In this document: positions 1-9,372 of the stretch, in pieces
Numbering within the stretch: the first letter of the stretch is position 1
How the letters are laid out: each line of letters opens with the position of its first letter
Origin: Rubripirellula sp.
GTDB taxonomy: Bacteria; Planctomycetota; Planctomycetia; Pirellulales; Pirellulaceae
Direction: 5' to 3'
Assembly: GCA_965216875.1 (NCBI GenBank)
Contig: OZ244207.1
Coordinates: 5,888,001-5,952,000, forward strand
Length of the DNA: 64,000 nucleotides
Notes under the pieces: generated by a model
Databases searched by the model: none
Told to the model about the DNA's origin: nothing
The model's input: the letters and a program-made list of their open reading frames with translations, nothing else
Program-made: the position numbers and the translations under genes

Positions 1-19
1 GTGTGTTGACATACCGGCG

Positions 20-230
20 GCTACCGTCTTGCCGCTCACCTGTGAGCCGTGACCGCGCAAGCGGCCGGGCGCAACACATGTTGCGCACACCTGTCATGCG
101 GAACATGACCTACGCAGGGACGCCATCGTCGCCTTTTGCTCCGCAAAAGTTGCGTTTGCGGACGCTACTTTCGCGGAGCGAAAGGCGACATTCAAATGAT
201 CACAACGTAGGAACAAGGTAACGAGGTTGG
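20..230. repeat. Mosaic cluster of REP-like palindromic modules
   Basis: GTGAGCCGTGACCGCGCAAGCGGCCGGGC (near-copy at 29816). CTGTCATGCGGAACATGACCTACG (near-copies at 51067 and inverted at ~57062). Long hairpin TCGCCTTTTGCTCCGCAAAAGT...ACTTTCGCGGAGCGAAAGGCGA. Confidence 0.75.
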
Positions 231-264
231 TGCTGACACTGTCGGATTTCATCCTACCCGCGTC

Positions 265-2595
265 CTACATCACATTTCGCAGGTGATCGACGAAATCATC
301 GTCGTCACCTAGCTGTCCGATCTTCTCTGCACAGACTTCGCATGATTCGAGGTGCTGTTCCACAACCTCAGTGCGTTTGATTGAGAGCGCGCCGCCGATC
401 CATCGCCGCAGGTCATCTTCGCTCGGATGCTCTTGAATGCCGCCCGCAGTGCTATCGACCACACTCGCAGCTTTCGTCTCGTCCTGCTTCTCCGATTCGC
501 TTAGTTCGCGGTAATAGGGATGCTCTGCCCACCACTGCGTTGCCGATTCGTTAGTCCATGTTTCATCAAGTTCGATTGACGCCAACGTCTGACGTAATTC
601 TCCCGCGGTGGGTCGATCTGAAGGAGCTTTCGAAAGGCAACTTAGCACGATGTCATCCAACGACTGAGGTAACCCCTTGCGATAGTTGGAAGGTGGTTTG
701 GGGCGCTCTGATACATGTTTCATCAACAGCGGCATGACGCTCTTGGCATAAAACACATCTCCGCCGGTCAACAGAGAGAATGCAACGCAACCGAGTGAAT
801 AGATATCGGATGCAAAGGTCGCCGGATGCCCCTGCGCTGCTTCGGGCGAGATACATGAAGGCGTGCCCTTGATCATCCCCGTCGAATCGACGCTTTCATC
901 TGCCGTCTGATTCATACTGCCAGTGGTACGAACAATCCCAAAGTCGAGCAGTTTCAAGAAGTCGTCCTGAGTTCCCAATTCGCAAACGAACAAATTGGCC
1001 GGTTTCACATCTCGATGCACAAGCCCTGCACGATGAGCCTCCTCGAGCGACAAGCAAGCTTGATCAAGCAAATAGACTGCACGTGCCGGCGAAAGTGGAC
1101 CGTTCTCACGAATCAAGCGTTGCAGATCGATGCCCTTGAGGTATTCCATCACATAATAGAAATCACCCTCTTCGGTCATCCCAAAGTCATACAGTTCAAC
1201 CGTATGAGGTGAGCGAAGATTGGCCGTCGCCTTCGCTTCGCGCTGAAAACGTTCGCGAAGCATTTCTCGCGTGTCTGCATCTCCCGTGAGCGCACGCTGG
1301 CGAATGAGCTTTACCGCGGAAGGGCGAGCAAGGAGCGAATGCTGTGCGAGCCAAACCTCGCCCATTCCACCCTTGCCGATCTGTTTTTGAAGCGTGTACC
1401 CGCCAACTCGACGACCCTCGCGCAGTAGTTCCGCAGGGATCTCGACCTTTGTGCCCGATGACCACGCGACAGATCGCTCGATCACGCTGCGGAGCTCGCG
1501 TAGGTTCCCGGGCCACGTGTAGCGCCGCAGCATCTCGATTGCATCTTCGGTCAATCCTTCGAGTACTTTTCCGGACGAAGTCGCGCGAGCGGTCAATACG
1601 TGTTGCGCGATCTCAATGATGTCTTCACGTCGTTCCGCAAGGGAAGGAACTGACAGTCGAGTTTGCCCGACCAATCGCTCGAGCTGAGCCATGTCCACCT
1701 GCTCTGGCGTGCTGCCCGAAGTCAACGATGCGATCACGCGAATATCTGGATTTGGCTTCTCGCCCGCAGTGCGACACTGATCAGCCTCCTCAAGAAACCG
1801 GCAAAGGTTTTGGCAAGAGTCGTTGGTCAGTGTTTCAACGCCCTCGAGGTACAGCGTTCCACCATCCGCCAACGAAGCCTTGGCAAGTTGTGTCTGGCCG
1901 TCGTTGCCCTTGCCAACTTTGAAAATGGAATCGTCCGTGCTGGCTAGGTGCGCACAGGCGACATAAATGAAGGGTCGATCACGGCGCGCCGACTTTCGAT
2001 GGATCGACCGCGCGACAGCTTCTTGGCCAGCACCACTTGGTCCGGTAAGAAGTAGAGGTGTATCCGACGCCGCACACTGCTTGATGCCTTCACGTAGCAT
2101 GCGCACAGAAATGCTATTACCTAGCAGTGCTTCGCCGTGCTTGCGATGCTCGGCGTCCGCCAACTCGCGAGCCACGGCAAGCTCGTGATGCAAACGGCCG
2201 TTCGCCTCGCCGAGGTGTTGCTCCAGCTCGACAATCCGCTGCCCCGCGTTCAACCGGGCTCGCAGCTCGCCGCGGTCAAAGGGTTTCGAAACAAAGTCGT
2301 CCGCCCCTGCCTCGATCCCCGCGACCACATCCTTCTTTTCTGACTTGCCGGTCAACAGAATGACATAGACATAGCCTTCGTCCGATTGACCCGCGCGAAT
2401 CCGCTCGACCAATTCGACGCCACTCATCGCGGGCATTTCCCAATCGGAAATCACGATCGAGAACGCTTCCGCCTGAAACTGCTCCCAAGCCTCTTTGCCA
2501 TCGGCAGCCTCAACCACCTCATGCCCCATCTGCTCGAGCAATCGCCGCAACTTCGCTCGAGTGAGTCGTTCGTCTTCAGCAATGAGGATTCGCAT
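265..2595 (-). CDS. Fusion protein: receiver domain + degenerate sigma54-activator-type AAA+ domain + Ser/Thr protein kinase + C-terminal HxxxCxxC zinc finger
   Basis: REC: ILIAEDE, ISDWEMP, FVSKPF. AAA+: LLLTGPSGAGQE, ADGGTLYLEGV, YTWPGNLREL. Kinase: IGKGGMGEVW, AVKLI, HRDVKPAN, DFG, SPE. C-terminal HLESCEVC. Confidence 0.9.
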   Translation of the reverse strand: MRILIAEDERLTRAKLRRLLEQMGHEVVEAADGKEAWEQFQAEAFSIVISDWEMPAMSGVELVERIRAGQSDEGYVYVILLTGKSEKKDVVAGIEAGADDFVSKPFDRGELRARLNAGQRIVELEQHLGEANGRLHHELAVARELADAEHRKHGEALLGNSISVRMLREGIKQCAASDTPLLLTGPSGAGQEAVARSIHRKSARRDRPFIYVACAHLASTDDSIFKVGKGNDGQTQLAKASLADGGTLYLEGVETLTNDSCQNLCRFLEEADQCRTAGEKPNPDIRVIASLTSGSTPEQVDMAQLERLVGQTRLSVPSLAERREDIIEIAQHVLTARATSSGKVLEGLTEDAIEMLRRYTWPGNLRELRSVIERSVAWSSGTKVEIPAELLREGRRVGGYTLQKQIGKGGMGEVWLAQHSLLARPSAVKLIRQRALTGDADTREMLRERFQREAKATANLRSPHTVELYDFGMTEEGDFYYVMEYLKGIDLQRLIRENGPLSPARAVYLLDQACLSLEEAHRAGLVHRDVKPANLFVCELGTQDDFLKLLDFGIVRTTGSMNQTADESVDSTGMIKGTPSCISPEAAQGHPATFASDIYSLGCVAFSLLTGGDVFYAKSVMPLLMKHVSERPKPPSNYRKGLPQSLDDIVLSCLSKAPSDRPTAGELRQTLASIELDETWTNESATQWWAEHPYYRELSESEKQDETKAASVVDSTAGGIQEHPSEDDLRRWIGGALSIKRTEVVEQHLESCEVCAEKIGQLGDDDDFVDHLRNVM

Positions 2596-2621
2596 GGATC
2601 CAGAACATCAAAATGTGGCGA

Positions 2622-5243
2622 TCAGTTGGCGGTTTCGTCTTTGCGCGAAGTCTCCAACACTCGCTCGATTTCGGCAAAGAGCAACGATCGTTTGACAGGT
2701 TTCGAAACGTAACCGTCCATTCCTGCTTCCAAGCAACGTTCCTGGTCGCCCTTCATGGCGTTCGCGGTCATGGCAATGATCGGGACGTGCGTGGCGCCGG
2801 AATGATTCTTTTCGCGAACCAGGATTCTGGAAGTTGCTTCGAACCCATCCACCTCGGGCATTTGAACATCCATCAAGATCAGATCAAACGCTTCGCGACC
2901 TGACAACTCAACCGCTTCGCGTCCATTATTAGCCACAATCACCTCGTGGCCGGCTTTCTCGAGAACGCGAATTGCAAATTTTTGATTCGTCTTGTTGTCT
3001 TCGGCCAACAAAACGCGAAGCGAACCTTGGCGCTTGCTGTCAGCAGCCTGGCTAGCATTCACTGGCGCTGGTTGCTTGGAACGCTCGTCATCACCAACAA
3101 GCGTCGTCACGATCGCATTCATCAACAACGACTGTTTTACCGGCTTCAACAGGTGGGCGCTCACCCCTAGCTCTTTGCAACGCGGGATGTCTCCGGGTCG
3201 CGTTCCGCTGGTCAAGAAGATCACGGGCGTATGGTTGTCTCGGCTTCGTAGCTCTTGGAACAACCCAAACCCGTCCATCTCGGGCATGTTGACGTCCGAG
3301 ACGATCAAGTCGAACCGTTCATCGCCGTCCAACCGTTGACATTGATCGAGCGCGGCCGGTCCGCTGTCGACGGCAACCGCAACCATGCGCCAGTTCCTAA
3401 AAATCTCTTCCAAGATGCGCCGGTTCGTTGCGTTGTCATCGACCACCAACACGCGTGTTCCCTCGAGCACGGCGCCGTCGGTCGAATCTTCGATGCGTTG
3501 GTGATCGGTGCCAACGCCCGCAATGATGGTAAACAAGAAAGTCGAACCCTTGCCCGGTTCACTTTCCACCCAAATCCGTCCGCCCATCAACTCGATCAGT
3601 TGCACGCAGATGGCAAGTCCCAGTCCAGTGCCACCATATTTTCGCGTTGTCGAAACATCCGCTTGCTCGAACGGGCGAAAGATAGTGTCCGCTTGTTCTT
3701 TGCTGATACCAATCCCCGTATCCGCAACCGAAAAGAGTAGCTCGACCTGGTCGTCATCGCGTTTGTTTTCAGAAACGCTAACAACAATCTCGCCTGTCTC
3801 GGTGAATTTGATTGCGTTGCCAACCAAGTTAAGAACAACCTGTCGGATTCGGTGCACATCACTGACGATCCCGTCATGCACATCCGGCGCAACGTGGTAG
3901 ACCAATTCGAGACCTTTTTCGTGAGCTCGCGTTGCCAAGGTGTTCAACATGTCGGCAAGTGTGTCGCGAAGCCGAAACGGATGCGATTCGATTTCTAGGC
4001 GGCCCGCTTCAATCTTGGAAAAGTCGAGGATGTCATTGATCAGGGCGAGTAAGGCGGCTGCCGACGCGTTGACCGTTTGCATGTAGTCGCGTTGTTCGCT
4101 GGACAGATCGGTGTCCAATGCGAGATCGGTCATTCCGATGATCGCGTTCATCGGCGTTCGAATTTCGTGACTCATGTTTGCAAGGAAGTCACTCTTGGCG
4201 TGGTTTGCCGCTTCGGCATCCTGGCGTGCAACCTCCAGCTGCTCGGTGCGTTCGGCAACCATCTTTTCGAGATTGTCTCGATGGGTCTGCAACGCGATCT
4301 CAGCTTCGCGTCGGGTGGCAACTTCGGACTCGAGTGCCTGGTTCGTGCGAGCAATCGCGCGTGCCCGATCCGCAGCCGTCTGCGCGAACCACGCTGCTGA
4401 TGCCATCGCAATGGCCAGAAGCGAGCCGACGACGAGCATGATCGTGGCCACGTTCGAAAGCGACGAGACGTGGCCATACTCGTCAAAGATCCGTTGGTTA
4501 CCCGCGTTGAGCGCCTGCCACAGGCAAAGCGTCACCGTGAGAACTGCGATGCACAACGGGACCGGCATCCAAGCGGGCAGCCACGATTCTTCGCCCAAGT
4601 CCTGGCTCCAGACGAACATCAAGAACCCAGTGCTGACAAAGATGAAGCCCACCGACGTGTGAACCGCCATCCGAGTCAGGTTTCCCCATCCATACGCAGT
4701 CTCGAGTTGCGCCGCGTACCCAGAGAGAGCGACCACGCCGAGCCCGAGGGCCAACGAAGCAAGTACCACTCGAACGAGCGATCGGTGGCTGATCGACGGA
4801 AAGGCTGCGGCCAACCCGATCAAGGTGAAACAGACTGCGGTATTTGGCGCCATTCGTCCTGGCTGGGACGTTTCAACGGTGATGTCATGCTTCATCAACA
4901 GTTCGTCGATGCCAAAGTCGACGTGGGTGATGTACTCAAGCAGCGTCAGGCTACCGACCACCGCGGCAAAACCACCGGACCACACCGCCCACCGTTGGTG
5001 TCCAAAACCGACCAGTAAAAGACTCACGCCGCACAACACGAAACCCAATGCAGTGTTGTATTGCATGGGCACAAAGGTCGGCAGCACTTGAATGAGCGTC
5101 AAAGTGCGCGTGTGCCACCCATAGATCACGACGAGCCCAAGAGCCAACGTCAAGATCCCAGCGAGATTGCTACAGCGAGTAAGAAAAGGTCTCAAATTCA
5201 AAACTGACCTGGCAGATCCAGGTGTTATTCGAGGTGACTTCAT
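2622..5243 (-). CDS. Membrane-bound hybrid sensor histidine kinase with two receiver domains
   Basis: Multiple N-terminal TM segments; H-box [15 protein letters not shown]-box [11 protein letters not shown]-boxes DTGIG and GGTGLGL; REC1 SDVNMP and REC2 MDVQMP. No HPt domain visible. Confidence 0.95.
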   Translation of the reverse strand: MKSPRITPGSARSVLNLRPFLTRCSNLAGILTLALGLVVIYGWHTRTLTLIQVLPTFVPMQYNTALGFVLCGVSLLLVGFGHQRWAVWSGGFAAVVGSLTLLEYITHVDFGIDELLMKHDITVETSQPGRMAPNTAVCFTLIGLAAAFPSISHRSLVRVVLASLALGLGVVALSGYAAQLETAYGWGNLTRMAVHTSVGFIFVSTGFLMFVWSQDLGEESWLPAWMPVPLCIAVLTVTLCLWQALNAGNQRIFDEYGHVSSLSNVATIMLVVGSLLAIAMASAAWFAQTAADRARAIARTNQALESEVATRREAEIALQTHRDNLEKMVAERTEQLEVARQDAEAANHAKSDFLANMSHEIRTPMNAIIGMTDLALDTDLSSEQRDYMQTVNASAAALLALINDILDFSKIEAGRLEIESHPFRLRDTLADMLNTLATRAHEKGLELVYHVAPDVHDGIVSDVHRIRQVVLNLVGNAIKFTETGEIVVSVSENKRDDDQVELLFSVADTGIGISKEQADTIFRPFEQADVSTTRKYGGTGLGLAICVQLIELMGGRIWVESEPGKGSTFLFTIIAGVGTDHQRIEDSTDGAVLEGTRVLVVDDNATNRRILEEIFRNWRMVAVAVDSGPAALDQCQRLDGDERFDLIVSDVNMPEMDGFGLFQELRSRDNHTPVIFLTSGTRPGDIPRCKELGVSAHLLKPVKQSLLMNAIVTTLVGDDERSKQPAPVNASQAADSKRQGSLRVLLAEDNKTNQKFAIRVLEKAGHEVIVANNGREAVELSGREAFDLILMDVQMPEVDGFEATSRILVREKNHSGATHVPIIAMTANAMKGDQERCLEAGMDGYVSKPVKRSLLFAEIERVLETSRKDETAN

Positions 5244-5331
5244 TGACTAACTTCATCCGACCCACAATTCCTCATAACGGGCCGCCGCATTCTATTCGCT
5301 CTCGACGCGATCGGCACGCCGACCAGCGCAC

Positions 5332-5360
5332 AAAAAAACGCGGCCGAGGGGCCGCGTTTT
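5332..5360 (-). terminator. Intrinsic terminator downstream of the HdeD-family gene
   Basis: AAAACGCGGCC-GAGG-GGCCGCGTTTT stem-loop with an A7 tract on the left, which is a U-tract on the minus strand. Confidence 0.75.
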
Positions 5361-5383
5361 GGATTCGATCGTTTTGGATCGTT

Positions 5384-6016
5384 CTATTCGGTGGCCTTCG
5401 CAACCTTGCGAGCGGCCATGGCGATGACGATTCGTGCGACGCCGGCTGTGATCAGATTCACGCCGACCAAGATGCCAATCACGAGGAACGATGCTTGGGG
5501 AAGTGCGGTCATCACAAGGATGCTCAACGCGATACCTGCGACGCCGCCAGCCATCGTCCATCCCCAACCAGGAATGTCGCGTGCCTGGATCGCCAAGACC
5601 ACTCGAAGGATTCCGTCAACCAACATCAACGCGGCAATCAAGAAGGTGAGCGACATCAAAGTGGCAAAGGGATAGAACGCCATCACAGCGGCCAACAGGA
5701 TCTGGACGGTACCCGTCAGAAAGGCCTCCAGCTTCAGGCCCTTCTCGGCAAAGCAAACGCCGGCAAGGTTGAAGCAACCGACAACAAACAAGGTCACCGC
5801 GATGAACATTCCGACGATGCCCGTGGCCAAGACGGGTGACAGCAGAGCTGCCGTGCCGCCAACTACCGAGATGATGCCGGCGGCCAACACCCATCCCCAA
5901 TCTTTGGCAATCTCGTGAACCAGCTTTTTGAGGTCGCCAAACTGGGCGGCTGCCTGTGCGTTGGTCTGTTCTTGGGTACTGGCTTGATTTGTCTGAGGTG
6001 CGTGTGCGATGGACAT
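5384..6016 (-). CDS. HdeD/DUF308 family membrane protein
   Basis: WGWVLAAGIISVVGG and GWGWTMAGG half-repeats, about 6 TM helices. ATG at 6016 has a GGAGA SD-like motif. Confidence 0.85.
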   Translation of the reverse strand: MSIAHAPQTNQASTQEQTNAQAAAQFGDLKKLVHEIAKDWGWVLAAGIISVVGGTAALLSPVLATGIVGMFIAVTLFVVGCFNLAGVCFAEKGLKLEAFLTGTVQILLAAVMAFYPFATLMSLTFLIAALMLVDGILRVVLAIQARDIPGWGWTMAGGVAGIALSILVMTALPQASFLVIGILVGVNLITAGVARIVIAMAARKVAKATE

Positions 6017-6192
6017 TTTCGTCTCTCCAGAATCGAGGTTTTTTACTTGTGTTGCCTTGTTTCCGGCGGCCGTTTCACCCGCCTGACACCAGTAAATGGC
6101 CCCAATCGCCCAGCGATTACACCGCCCCGGGAAAAACACGAGATTTCTCATTCACTCCTCAGGCCTGAATACTCGCTGCTCGGTCGGTGGGG

Positions 6193-6602
6193 AGATGAGT
6201 TGGCCACAAAAAGCACGAGAAGGCCCAAAAATAAGGCAAGCTGAGAGCGGTAAGAGCTTGAGCCAGGCTCCATCGATTCGTGCACCTGTGCAAACCACCC
6301 TCCACCGAGTTTCTTGTTCCTTTTCGCGCTTCTAGTGGCAATCCCAGTGCGTCTCCCTGGGGCAGATAAGCTGGCCACGAAAAACACGAGAAGACACAAA
6401 AAGAAGACGAGCCAACAAGCGACGAGAGTTCAAGCAGGCACCGTCGATTCGTTCTTCTGGGCAAATCGCACTCCGCAGAGCTTCTTGTGCCTTTTTGTGC
6501 TTCTTGTGGCTATCCCAATGAGCCTCTCTGAGGAAGATGACCCTTCTTGGCAAACCTATCCCCGAGTTTTTTGTGTCTTTTCGTGCTTCTTGTGGCTATT
6601 CC
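6193..6602. repeat. Left repeat block: two ~170-bp units with ~30-bp terminal inverted arms plus an extra right arm
   Basis: Left arms GGCCAC(A/G)AAAA(G/A)CACGAGAAG at ~6202 and ~6373. Inverted arms (TT)CTTGTGC..TTTT(C/T)GTGCTTCTTGTGGCTATCC, with variants, at ~6310, ~6481 and ~6567. Confidence 0.9.
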
Positions 6603-6659
6603 GCGCAACTGGCCAAAGACGACAAGCATGCCTCCACTCACGCTCAGGTGCGAGGCGTC

Positions 6660-7046
6660 TTAGTCGCGCCGATTCATCAGGTATTTCTTAACGTAAATCT
6701 TCGGGGCACCGAAGTTGATGAGTAACCCCGTCTCAATACGCGAGGATGTTAAGTACCCCAGCAACTGAGCGATGTGCTCATCTTTAATTGCTCTGCATGC
6801 TTTGAGCTCAACGATGAGGCAGTTTTCTACGAATAGGTCTGCAAAATACTCTCCAAGTATCGCTCCATCTTCATCGTAGACCCTCAGCGGACACTGCTGC
6901 TCTGCGTCCAGCCCCAGTTTTCGGAGTCGATGCACGAGCGCGTTCTCGTAGATCTTTTCGAGATGCCCATGCCGATGATACTTGTGAATCTCAAAAGAGG
7001 TTTGCCTTACGACATCGCAGAGTTCGTTGATGTTGTTCCATATCAT
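6660..7046 (-). CDS. GxxExxY family protein (PD-(D/E)XK nuclease-like fold)
   Basis: 128 aa; motif GHLEKIY; ADLFVE...IVELKA (D...ExK); AQLLGYL; GLLINFG. Confidence 0.92.
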   Translation of the reverse strand: MIWNNINELCDVVRQTSFEIHKYHRHGHLEKIYENALVHRLRKLGLDAEQQCPLRVYDEDGAILGEYFADLFVENCLIVELKACRAIKDEHIAQLLGYLTSSRIETGLLINFGAPKIYVKKYLMNRRD

Positions 7047-7175
7047 CGTTGTGCCCCATGGAATTCGGTTTCAGTGACTGCCCATCACCCCGCGCAACCT
7101 ACCGTGAATCGAGAATCCATCGCTGTACTTTATATGCGTCTTGTCGTATTCCAGCCCGTCTCGTTGAGGAGAATT

Positions 7176-7482
7176 GAGTTGGCCACGAAAAACACAAGAA
7201 GACACGACAAGATGGCAGCAAAGAGCGATGAGAGCTTGAGCCAGGCTCCATCGATTCGTTCATATGGGCAAACCACACTCCAGAGTTTCTTGTGCTTTTT
7301 CGTGCTTCTTGTGGCTATCCCAATGCGCCTCCCTGGACAGATGAGTTGGCCACAAAAAACACGAGAAGACACAAAAAGTGAAGACGTGCCTACAAGCGAC
7401 GAGAGCTCAAGCAGGCACTTCGATTCGTTCTTCCGTGAAAGCCACATTTCACAGAGTTTCTTGTGTTTCTTGTGGCTATCCC
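7176..7482. repeat. Right repeat block: two ~167-bp units, direct repeat of 6193-6516
   Basis: Left arms at ~7181 and ~7348; right arms at ~7286 and ~7457. Internal segments AGAGCTTGAGCCAGGCTCCATCGATTCGT and CAAGCGACGAGAG(C/T)TCAAGCAGGCAC match the left block in the same order. Confidence 0.9.
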
Positions 7483-7573
7483 GATGCTCCTAGGTGAGCC
7501 ATTGACTGATGGTGGCGGCTGCGATACGGTGGCTTAGCCACCGTACCAAACTCCCCTGCCCTCTCTGCTTGCC

Positions 7574-8362
7574 ATGCAGACCCAATTGCAACGCAATCCC
7601 GTTTATCAGCAGCTCAACGATTTGCTGCGTTCGACGCTTGCCAGTGAATACGCGTCGGGCGACCGCTTCATGACTGAGCGTGAAATCGCCAAACGCTTCG
7701 AAGTGAGCCGCGCGACGGCCAACAAGGCACTCGCTAGCCTCGTCTCGGAAGGTGTGCTGGAGTTTCGCCGCGGCATCGGAACCTTCGTTCGCCGCGATGT
7801 CATCGACTATGACCTTCAATCGCTTGTCAGCTTTACCGAAAAGGCGCTCTCTGCTGGCCGAAAGCCGTCGACGAAACTCATCGTGTTCCGTTCCGTTGCC
7901 TCAGACGACGTCGATGACGAGATTCGATCCGCCATGAATCTCAAAGCGGGCCAACCACTTTGGGAATTGGAACGATTGCGTCTAGCCGATGGCATTCCAG
8001 TGATCTTGGAGCATCGTTATGTGATGAAGCAACACTGCGAAAAACTCACCAGGGCCCAGGCCTCCGGTTCACTCTACAAAGCTTGGACTCAAAAACATGC
8101 GTTGAAGATCTCGGGTGCTGACGAAGTGATCCGTGCGGTCGTGTTGAAATCCCGCGAAGCCAAACACTTGCAGGTCGCGTCTCGCACGGCGGCTTTGGAA
8201 GTCACCGCCGTCGGCTGCCTCGATGACAACTCGCCTTTGTGGTGGGAACGAACCCTTTATCGAAGTGATCAATACGAATTCCACAGCCGACTCGGTCCCA
8301 TCCAAACGGCGACGCCCGCTCGCGGGCAACTCCGTGGACCGGCCAACGAAGGATCGAAGTGA
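7574..8362 (+). CDS. GntR family (HutC/UTRA) transcriptional regulator
   Basis: N-terminal wHTH (TEREIAKRFEVSRATANKAL, GIGTFV) and C-terminal UTRA-like domain (LERLRLADGIPVILE). Confidence 0.92.
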   Translation: MQTQLQRNPVYQQLNDLLRSTLASEYASGDRFMTEREIAKRFEVSRATANKALASLVSEGVLEFRRGIGTFVRRDVIDYDLQSLVSFTEKALSAGRKPSTKLIVFRSVASDDVDDEIRSAMNLKAGQPLWELERLRLADGIPVILEHRYVMKQHCEKLTRAQASGSLYKAWTQKHALKISGADEVIRAVVLKSREAKHLQVASRTAALEVTAVGCLDDNSPLWWERTLYRSDQYEFHSRLGPIQTATPARGQLRGPANEGSK

Positions 8363-9324
8363 TGTATGCAGGTATCGACCTCGGCGGAACATCGATCAAA
8401 GCAGCGATTGCAGACGACGTTGGCGAACTACTGCTGAGTCGAACGATCGCGACGGATTCGAATCGTGGTCCCGATGATGTCGTGCAACGGATAGGCGCGC
8501 TTGTTCAAGAGCTTCTTGCCGAGCACGGTGGTGATCAATCACTGGCTGGTCTCGGTATTGGCGTGCCCGGTTTGGTCGACATTGAAAAGGGTGAGACAAA
8601 GTTCCTGCCCAATCTGGCTACACAGTGGCGTGATATTCCGGTTGCCGCAATGCTCGCCAACCAACTTTCTTGCCCGGTTCGATTGCTCAACGACGTTCGC
8701 ACAGCGACCCTCGGCGAGTTGCGGTGGGGCCACGGCAAGGACGATCCGAAAGTCACCATGGCCTTCTTTTCGATCGGCACTGGTATCGGGGGCGGTATCG
8801 CAATTGACGGCCAGTTGCGGCTTGGTCCACTCGGCGCTGCAGGGGAACTTGGCCACCAAACCATCGATCCCAACGGACCACGCTGCGGTTGTGGTAACCG
8901 TGGCTGCCTTGAGGCGTTTGCCAGTGGTCCGGCGATCGCTGGCGCAGGGGTTCGATTGATGCGATCAGGATTGGCGCCGACGCTTCACGATTTGGTTGAC
9001 GGATCAAGCGATCGGGTGACACCGCGTGAAGTCGTCATTGCTGCCGAGCATGACCCGTACGTTCGCGGTGTTCTTGTCGATGCTGGAAAGGCGATTGGGA
9101 TCGCCGCTGCCAACGTTGTAGCGATTCTTCATCCACAGTTGATCGTTCTCGGTGGTGGCGTCGCCGAAGTCGGCCCTTTGCTTAGTGAAACGGTTGCGAA
9201 CGAAATCCACGAACGCATCGGAATGTTTCCTACGGATGATGTTCGCGTTGAACATTCCTTGCTGGGCGAACAAGCCGGCCTAAGAGGCGCGATCGCGCTG
9301 GCGATGCAAGCGGCTCAAAGCTGA
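8362..9324 (+). CDS. ROK family sugar kinase
   Basis: GIDLGGT; GIGVPG; GTGIGGG; GELGH; CGCGNRGCLE. Start overlaps the GntR stop. Confidence 0.93.
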   Translation: MYAGIDLGGTSIKAAIADDVGELLLSRTIATDSNRGPDDVVQRIGALVQELLAEHGGDQSLAGLGIGVPGLVDIEKGETKFLPNLATQWRDIPVAAMLANQLSCPVRLLNDVRTATLGELRWGHGKDDPKVTMAFFSIGTGIGGGIAIDGQLRLGPLGAAGELGHQTIDPNGPRCGCGNRGCLEAFASGPAIAGAGVRLMRSGLAPTLHDLVDGSSDRVTPREVVIAAEHDPYVRGVLVDAGKAIGIAAANVVAILHPQLIVLGGGVAEVGPLLSETVANEIHERIGMFPTDDVRVEHSLLGEQAGLRGAIALAMQAAQS

Positions 9325-9372
9325 AAACATGATTCTACCCCACTCCTTCTCACGTCCCATCGGAGAAACAAG

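Noticed and set aside
6096..6725. Short ORFs overlapping the repeat blocks (also 6930-7493 and 7130-7447)
   Set aside because: They are translations of the repeats (ATKNTRRHKK / FVLLVAIP) in several frames, with no independent coding signal.
6193..7482. CRISPR array interpretation of the repeats around the GxxExxY gene
   Set aside because: Arms alternate in orientation, the intervening segments are homologous to each other rather than unique spacers, and no cas genes are present.
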